Source: an uncultured Bacilli bacterium
Lineage (GTDB): Bacteria; Bacillota_I; Bacilli_A; RF39; UBA660
DNA: 64,000 nucleotides
NCBI GenBank assembly: GCA_934130405.1
Contig: CAKOXX010000001.1
Span: 11,566 to 75,565 of the forward strand
Direction of reading: 5' to 3'
Part shown: positions 58,715-64,000 of the stretch, in pieces
How positions within the stretch are numbered: position 1 is the first letter of the stretch
Layout: every line of letters begins with the position of its first letter
The notes under the pieces: model-generated
What the model was told of the DNA's origin: nothing
The model's database searches: none
Seen by the model: the letters and a program-made list of their open reading frames with translations, nothing else
Made by a program: the position numbers and the translations under genes

Positions 58715-58777
58715 TTATATAAGTACCCCCCCCCAAGTTAATTTCTGGTTAACTTGAGTTCCTAAGATATTTATCAT
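58715..58777 (-). CDS. Leader uORF 3 (20 aa) containing the G9 tract
   Basis: ATG at 58777. Translation: MINILGTQVNQKLTWGGVLI*. Confidence 0.5.
   Translation of the reverse strand: MINILGTQVNQKLTWGGVLI
58726..58734 (-). repeat. Homopolymeric tract, C9 on plus strand (G9 in the transcript)
   Basis: Counted directly: aagta-ccccccccc-aagtt. Confidence 0.95.
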
Positions 58778-58860
58778 ATTACCATCTACTTTCTTTTTAT
58801 TGTTCACTTAAATTTTATCATTTTTTTATCATCTATACAATATGTTTATTTTCTAAATTA

Positions 58861-60348
58861 TTATTCATCAGATAAAACATAAGGATTTGATTTTTCACCT
58901 GTTCCTGATGCTATTTTCACAGAAGATTTCAAATAAACTGTTGGTCTTGCAGTATGATTACTATAGCTATTAGCTGTACTAAGATAACTTTGTTGTACAC
59001 GAAATGTAGAATAAGAAATATCTGATCTAGAATTTATAGTCCATTGCATAGCTGATGATTTATAAAGCCAGTCATTATTATAACAATCAGAATAGTTATT
59101 CCAACTGGCAAGCGAAGTTTGTAAACATGTATTTCTATTAGTTGTACTTCCTCCACTTGTGGCATAACCATAATCAGAAGGATAAATTAGTCCTACTTTT
59201 CCTATCCAAGATGTATCTCTTCCACTAAATACAGTATTTCCCCTTTCATAAGAGTAAAAATTTGAGACTAGTCCTGTTGCACTTGTTGTCCCTCCCAAAT
59301 ACCACTTTGCATTATCTATAGCAGCCTTTGCTTCCATCGTTAAACCAGTAGATGTAAAATCACATGATGAAGTTGAATTACCACTTCCCTTGTAACAATT
59401 TCCACTCTTTCTATTCCAATATAAGCTTCCACCATAACTTTCACTTTCGTGTCCTTCATTCAATAAATAATTAAGTCTTGCATCAGTCCAGTTATTTTTA
59501 CCATTTGCACTTTCTGCACCAGTTGATGTATTCTTATTGTCCCAACTATAACTTCCGATAGCATTGTTTCTTATTATTTTTATTCTCTTTTCTACTTTAC
59601 CGGTTCCATCATCAACATCAAATACCCCAATTATTCGCCATACCTCATCATTAAATGTTACATAATTATTAGGACTGCTTCCTATATATCTATAATCAGT
59701 TAATGCCTCTGTTTGGTCTGTTTTATCATGAGAAAATTTCCACATTTGATTCTTTTGATCATCGGTTGCTGTATTGTAATCCAAATCTTCTTTATTAGCA
59801 TTTGTTATTAAGTTTTCCACTCCAGTTGGTTCTAACTTTTCAAAAGCATTGGTTCCAACTGGTAATGTCAAATTGGAATTATTTAAGCCCATTGATGAGC
59901 CTATTTTTATTTGTTTACCAGTTGCTCCTGTTATCTTTATATAGTAGGTTAGTATACCTCCTTTTTCTACTGATACTCCAGTAACTTCAGGAATAGTTGG
60001 ACTATCTACAGTATAACCAATTTTAATTGAGCTATCTGATAAATCATAGTAACAAATAGAGTTTTTTGCTGTTCTATCATTTGTGTTAGTTACTGTTAAA
60101 GTAATAGTGTCACTATCTGTCGATGGTGTATAAGTAATTACGCCAGTTCCATTAATTGTTACGGAGTTACTTCCTATCGCTACTGTTCCATTTAAAGTAC
60201 CTGTTACTACGCTATATTGCTGTACTCCTTGAACAGTAAACCACGCATAAGAAAAGTATCCCATCAGCATTAAGCCACTTACTCCAAATAAAATAAACAT
60301 ATAACTTGTTGATACTTTTGTATCAAATAACTTTCTAAATATTTTCAT
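58861..60348 (-). CDS. SipW/TasA-type signal surface protein (495 aa)
   Basis: Paralog of the 503-aa protein. Shares a 193-nt perfectly identical 5' segment (60122..60314 vs 58397..58589). Confidence 0.65.
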   Translation of the reverse strand: MKIFRKLFDTKVSTSYMFILFGVSGLMLMGYFSYAWFTVQGVQQYSVVTGTLNGTVAIGSNSVTINGTGVITYTPSTDSDTITLTVTNTNDRTAKNSICYYDLSDSSIKIGYTVDSPTIPEVTGVSVEKGGILTYYIKITGATGKQIKIGSSMGLNNSNLTLPVGTNAFEKLEPTGVENLITNANKEDLDYNTATDDQKNQMWKFSHDKTDQTEALTDYRYIGSSPNNYVTFNDEVWRIIGVFDVDDGTGKVEKRIKIIRNNAIGSYSWDNKNTSTGAESANGKNNWTDARLNYLLNEGHESESYGGSLYWNRKSGNCYKGSGNSTSSCDFTSTGLTMEAKAAIDNAKWYLGGTTSATGLVSNFYSYERGNTVFSGRDTSWIGKVGLIYPSDYGYATSGGSTTNRNTCLQTSLASWNNYSDCYNNDWLYKSSAMQWTINSRSDISYSTFRVQQSYLSTANSYSNHTARPTVYLKSSVKIASGTGEKSNPYVLSDE

Positions 60349-60369
60349 AAACTACCTCTTTCTACACAC

Positions 60370-60402
60370 AAAAAACAGAATAAGATTAAATTCCTATCCT
60401 GT
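60370..60402 (-). terminator. Leader terminator-like hairpin 4
   Basis: Minus strand ACAGGATAGG-aatttaat-CTTATTCTGT followed by TTTTTTGTG. Confidence 0.5.
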
Positions 60403-60437
60403 TTTTTACACTATTAAAGAAAGTAGTTTTTTCTACC

Positions 60438-60500
60438 TTATATAAGTACCCCCCCCCAGGTTAATTTCTGGTTAACTTGAGCTTCTAAGATATTCATCAT
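60438..60500 (-). CDS. Leader uORF 4 (20 aa) containing the G9 tract
   Basis: GAGGG lies 4-7 nt before ATGATG at 60500. Translation: MMNILEAQVNQKLTWGGVLI*. Confidence 0.5.
   Translation of the reverse strand: MMNILEAQVNQKLTWGGVLI
60449..60457 (-). repeat. Homopolymeric tract, C9 on plus strand (G9 in the transcript)
   Basis: Counted directly: aagta-ccccccccc-aggtt. Confidence 0.95.
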
Positions 60501-60559
60501 ATTACCCTCTACTTTCTTTTTATTGTTCACCTAAATTTTACCAAATATCATATAAATAT

Positions 60560-60913
60560 TCAACAATATTTATTTTCTATAATATATGCTATTTCCCTTC
60601 CATTTCTGCCAATCTCAATACCGTTATTCTTCTGAATTATTCTTTGCATTTTAATATTATCAAATGAAACTGAACATATAACTGATTTATTAACTTTGGA
60701 TAATAGCAATTTAAATACAGCACTTCCATATCCCTTATTTTGATATTTTTGAGCAATAATTATAAATAGTTCATCTCTTACTTTTTTACGTATAATTGCA
60801 TAACCAATTTTAATATTGCTTAAATAACATTCATATAGTTGATCACCTTTTGATAATTCAAACTTTTGAATTAAATCATCAGTTATTTTAGTCACTTCAT
60901 TTAAACTTATCAT
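60560..60913 (-). CDS. GNAT-family N-acetyltransferase
   Basis: 117 aa with Q-x-x-G-x-G/A-like motif QNKGYGSAVFKLLL. Overlaps the upstream gene by 4 nt. Confidence 0.65.
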   Translation of the reverse strand: MISLNEVTKITDDLIQKFELSKGDQLYECYLSNIKIGYAIIRKKVRDELFIIIAQKYQNKGYGSAVFKLLLSKVNKSVICSVSFDNIKMQRIIQKNNGIEIGRNGREIAYIIENKYC

Positions 60914-63120
60914 AATTTAGTTCCTCCCTTACTAGGTGCATCAAGTTCGTCAGAAAAATTAGGTACACACCTATCCATAAAGTTATGAAATGATTCAATA
61001 TTATCATAAAAGTGTTGAACTTCTGATAAAGAATCAGAATCTAACGTATCAACAGATTTTCTTGCTAAATCTAATAATTCTTCTTCATCAATGGTATTTC
61101 TTTCATTTCTTGAATCATAATGAATTGTCGCTGTATCATTATCCCAATCAAATGATATGAATGAAATATCAGGATTAGCTTTTTGAATCAAATAGTTACA
61201 ATATGTTTTCTTGAAATTTGTTTTTGAAGTAAGAGTAACAGGAATCTTATACATTTCTCTAAGTTTTTCCTCGCTTTTCTCTTTTTTCATACAATCTAAT
61301 AAATAATGAAAACGTAGAACAGTAAATCTATGTAAACCATTGCTTGAAATAATATATTTTCCATCTTCTATTTCCCTTACACACATATCGATAGTATCCC
61401 TATTTCTTCTTTCCAATCCTTTTAGTAGTTGTTCTCCAGACTCATATTCCAATAATTCTAATGATCTTGAACGATAACAATCTTCACCTTCTTCAAAAAA
61501 GTTTTCAAAAGTACGCAATATATTCATCCCATTACCACTGTTAACTTTTGGTGCAGCATCATGTCCTACCAAATCTGCAACACTAATAGTAACTTCTTCA
61601 TAGAAACTATCATATATACCATATTTACTAACTATTGGATTAATATCAAAAGAATTTTTATAATCATTATTTGCATTGGACATAAATTCTTTAACATCAA
61701 AACCAAGTGATCTAACAAATTTCATAGTTGTAGGAGATAATCTTGTAGATAGTAAATATATAAACTGTTTTAATTGTGGTTCATCTAATTTATCTGATAT
61801 GTTTAATTTTTCTAATACTCTAGGTTCTTGCAAAATACTTACTTTTAAGTCATCCGGTAATTGATTAATATGATAAATCAAATTACTTATAGACATATTA
61901 TCAAAGTCCTTAAAATTTTCATCTATATAAAATTTTGTATTAAATGCTGGTTTCTCAATTAATTTTTCTCTATACTCTTCAATATCAAGATTGAATTCAT
62001 TAGTTAATTTTTCAATCTCTTCAATATCCAACCCTTCCAAAAAAGGAAGAATTTTTTCTTTTACTTCAAAATCGGAAAATATATTACCATCTGAATATAT
62101 ATTTTTAATTTGATATACTAGTTTTTCTTTCATTTCACTATTAAGTGAAGATTTTTCAGTCACATAAATAAGATGATTATATTTTACTAATTCATAATCA
62201 ACTTCATATTGAGTATATTCATCAATATTATTTTCTTTAGTATATTTATCAATATTATTTTGTAATTCTTTTGAAGAAAGTACTATTTTACAATTGGAAA
62301 TCTTATCAATAATAGCTTCATCTAAATCATAAAAAGAACTATAAAGCATTTGAACAATAAATTCTTCGTTTAACTCGATATTCCCAGCAATAAATTTTTC
62401 AAAGTCATGATATACTATCTTATTTTTTGTTTTTGGAAAATACAATTTAGTATTAGAAAACATTGATGTTTTTGTTAATTTTTCACTACCTAGATTAATT
62501 TTAATATTAGGAATCAATGAATCAATTACATTTTGAAATTCTACCGGTTCAAGCTCCTTTAAATCAACATAACATCCTTGATAATCACTACTAATAGAAT
62601 CATAATCAATTTCATTTTTTAATAAAGAAACCAGCTTTTTAGTTTTCTCATCTAACTCAAAAAATTCAATAAATCTTAAACCTTCCTCATTAAATGGAAG
62701 AGAAGTTAGTTTTTCTTCATAACTTAGTAACAAAATAATATCTTGCGGTATATTACCCTCTAACAATAAATTAACTAATTTTGGATACTTTTCAATTTTT
62801 TCAGCCATAATATCACTAATATATTCAATATTATTTATTTCTGCTATTTTTTCAAAAACCTCATTGGGAACAGTAGCTGAATAATTATTTTTTGTAGTTA
62901 ATTCATCACTATTATCACTCACATTTCCTTGAAAATCATCGATATTTGAATAATTATTTTCAGTAATTAGTTCTTCACTATTATCACTGATATTCTCTAC
63001 AACATCACCAATGTTTGAACTAATGTCAACTGGTGTTAGAGTTTCCTCAACAAACGTAAAATTATTATCTTCACCTTTTGGTTGGGTTTTCTTCTTTCTA
63101 AATAAATCAAATAATCCCAT
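60910..63120 (-). CDS. Large hypothetical protein with a possible ParB/Srx-like C-terminal region
   Basis: Start placed at MGLFDLFRKKK (63120) with AGGAAGTGA upstream. The N-terminal part has an internal duplication (NISDNSEELITENNYSN / NVSDNSDELTTKNNYS). ...VREIEDGKYIISSNGLHRFTVLRFHYL resembles the ParB-N 'DGxHR' region. Confidence 0.5.
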   Translation of the reverse strand: MGLFDLFRKKKTQPKGEDNNFTFVEETLTPVDISSNIGDVVENISDNSEELITENNYSNIDDFQGNVSDNSDELTTKNNYSATVPNEVFEKIAEINNIEYISDIMAEKIEKYPKLVNLLLEGNIPQDIILLLSYEEKLTSLPFNEEGLRFIEFFELDEKTKKLVSLLKNEIDYDSISSDYQGCYVDLKELEPVEFQNVIDSLIPNIKINLGSEKLTKTSMFSNTKLYFPKTKNKIVYHDFEKFIAGNIELNEEFIVQMLYSSFYDLDEAIIDKISNCKIVLSSKELQNNIDKYTKENNIDEYTQYEVDYELVKYNHLIYVTEKSSLNSEMKEKLVYQIKNIYSDGNIFSDFEVKEKILPFLEGLDIEEIEKLTNEFNLDIEEYREKLIEKPAFNTKFYIDENFKDFDNMSISNLIYHINQLPDDLKVSILQEPRVLEKLNISDKLDEPQLKQFIYLLSTRLSPTTMKFVRSLGFDVKEFMSNANNDYKNSFDINPIVSKYGIYDSFYEEVTISVADLVGHDAAPKVNSGNGMNILRTFENFFEEGEDCYRSRSLELLEYESGEQLLKGLERRNRDTIDMCVREIEDGKYIISSNGLHRFTVLRFHYLLDCMKKEKSEEKLREMYKIPVTLTSKTNFKKTYCNYLIQKANPDISFISFDWDNDTATIHYDSRNERNTIDEEELLDLARKSVDTLDSDSLSEVQHFYDNIESFHNFMDRCVPNFSDELDAPSKGGTKL

Positions 63121-63202
63121 AACTATCACTTCCTATATAATATAGATTATAGCATACAATTTACTTTTAACGAAAAGGTTATTGTTCTACTAACAAAATC
63201 GA

Positions 63203-63241
63203 ACAAACAAAAACTCAGGATGTTTAAATTACTATCCTGAA
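63203..63241 (-). terminator. Rho-independent terminator after the hipA-like gene
   Basis: Minus strand TCAGGAT-agtaatttaaac-ATCCTGA followed by GTTTTTGTTTG. Confidence 0.5.
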
Positions 63242-63259
63242 TTAATAAATACTCAATAG

Positions 63260-64000
63260 TTAATTGTTGTTCTTAAATTTCTCTATGTGATTTTCTAATT
63301 TTCTTATCCTCTCTTGTAAACCATTAACTAACTTTTCAATTCGTTTATCAGACATATCCAATTTATCTTTATACTTTTCTAGTAAAGACTGATACTCATC
63401 GCAAAGTACATCTAAACGTTTAATATCTATATTAACTATATCTTTTCCAATTACTTTTAAAATATCTTCATAATTTTTATTAGTATTAGTAAAGAACTTT
63501 CCAGTACCATAAGAAAAGTTAATTTCATCAAGATATTTATCACATTCCATACTTTGACCAGTATCAAATATTGGAGTAGTTCTTACCCATTCTAATGTAT
63601 TAACATTTCTAATAACTCCAAAATTTTTCAAGTGTCTATCTGTATTAAGCATTAAATAATCTAAAATAAACATATCTTCCACATTCTTACGAGCATTTGG
63701 AACGTTATGCTTTTCTAATGTTTGGATATAAAATTCATAATCGTTTATGTTATTAGGTTTTTTCTCAGATTTAAAAACATCATAAGCAGAAATAATTTCT
63801 TCATCTGCACTAACAAAATTTTCACACTTAGAAATAAATTTCGTTTTATCAGTCCAGCGAACAAAATAATTACAATAGTTAAAACCTAATCTTTTACTTA
63901 TTTGAGAAGCAAGCCATTCATTAAAAGGTTCTTCTCTACTTGATGTATATGTTCCTTTTACTAAAATTCTTTTACCATTCTCAATAATCCAACCTTTTTG
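63260..64000 (-). CDS. HipA-like Ser/Thr kinase (5' end outside window)
   Basis: The minus-strand frame is open from 64000 down to the stop at 63260; I translated it by hand (QKGWIIENGKRILVKGTYTSSREEPFNEWLASQISKRLGF...LMLNTDRHLKNFGVIRN...). The ORF track shows only the part after an internal GTG at 63682. Confidence 0.65.
   Translation of the reverse strand, partial: QKGWIIENGKRILVKGTYTSSREEPFNEWLASQISKRLGFNYCNYFVRWTDKTKFISKCENFVSADEEIISAYDVFKSEKKPNNINDYEFYIQTLEKHNVPNARKNVEDMFILDYLMLNTDRHLKNFGVIRNVNTLEWVRTTPIFDTGQSMECDKYLDEINFSYGTGKFFTNTNKNYEDILKVIGKDIVNIDIKRLDVLCDEYQSLLEKYKDKLDMSDKRIEKLVNGLQERIRKLENHIEKFKNNN

Larger units (their letters stand above)
58624..58840 (-). promoter_or_regulatory. 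Leader module copy 3 (promoter, uORF with G9, anti-SD, hairpin)
   Basis: TTGTAT (58840..58835), 17 nt, TAAAAT (58817..58812, TG-extended). Anti-SD AACTA+CTTTCT (58705..58695) is complementary to AGAAAG-agg-TAGTT (58638..58625) at the SD of the 503-aa gene. Confidence 0.55.
60349..60563 (-). promoter_or_regulatory. Leader module copy 4 (promoter, uORF with G9, anti-SD, hairpin)
   Basis: TTGAAT (60563..60558), 17 nt, TAAAAT (60540..60535). Same anti-SD/SD pair as copy 3. Confidence 0.55.

Noticed and set aside
44865-60457. The poly-C/G tracts read as classic promoter-spacer phase-variation switches, sitting between a TTAAC(T/G/C) '-35' and a TATAAG-like '-10'.
   Set aside because: The spacing would be only 14-16 nt and the putative hexamers are poor and differ between copies. 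Better TTGnnn-17-TAnnnT promoters with a TG extension lie 50-110 nt upstream in all four copies. In addition, the tract sits inside an SD-preceded ORF whose variable flanking base behaves as a synonymous wobble position.
1-64000. The two HipA-like genes in inverted orientation at the window edges considered as the ends of a large composite mobile element.
   Set aside because: They are diverged paralogs, similar at the protein level only. The 63 kb between them is mostly core housekeeping genes, and no terminal repeats or integrase are seen.
1-64000. The possibility that the DUF285/Mycoplasma-like proteins imply genetic code 4 (TGA = Trp).
   Set aside because: TGA terminates several well-conserved genes, for example the ATGA overlaps pncB/nudix, prs/nadD and gmk/next gene. 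Conserved Trp positions use TGG, so the standard bacterial code fits.

Overview
This is a strongly AT-rich, low-GC Firmicutes-type chromosomal segment. It uses the standard genetic code: TGA acts as the stop in several ATGA stop/start overlaps, and Trp is TGG. Most of the window is tightly packed housekeeping.

Main blocks, in order:
- An eight-gene NAD salvage/biosynthesis operon, pncA-pncB-nudix-nadE-prs-nadD-nadK-pncC (580-8178).
- deoB/xerD, tmcAL-gmk, pyk, mutM-polA and lexA.
- One tRNA-Glu.
- holA-alaS, trxA and rnhC.
- A T-box-controlled gatCAB-aspS operon.
- tkt, mutS and rarA.

Accessory content:
- HipA-like kinase genes are cut by both window edges.
- There is an Rpn/PD-(D/E)XK transposase-like gene with a partial tandem duplicate.
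- One gene encodes a protein built from 28-aa tandem repeats.
- Five paralogous surface/secreted proteins carry SipW/TasA-type N-termini (43581-48544 and 57112-60348).

The most unusual signal is a roughly 200-nt leader module present four times, once in front of each transcription unit of those surface-protein genes. On the minus strand it reads: promoter, then a Shine-Dalgarno-preceded upstream ORF (…KLTWGG…) that contains a G9 or G10 homopolymer, then an anti-SD segment, then a terminator-like hairpin, then the SD and start of the main gene. Three observations support a real mechanism:
- Differences between copies are synonymous in the uORF frame.
- The anti-SD/SD helix co-varies between copies.
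- Only one of the three G-tract registers lets the uORF run into the hairpin.

Together these suggest a homopolymer-gated translational attenuator, working either by phase variation or by programmed slippage. I do not recognise it as a described mechanism. No rRNA, CRISPR array or intact prophage/IS element was seen.
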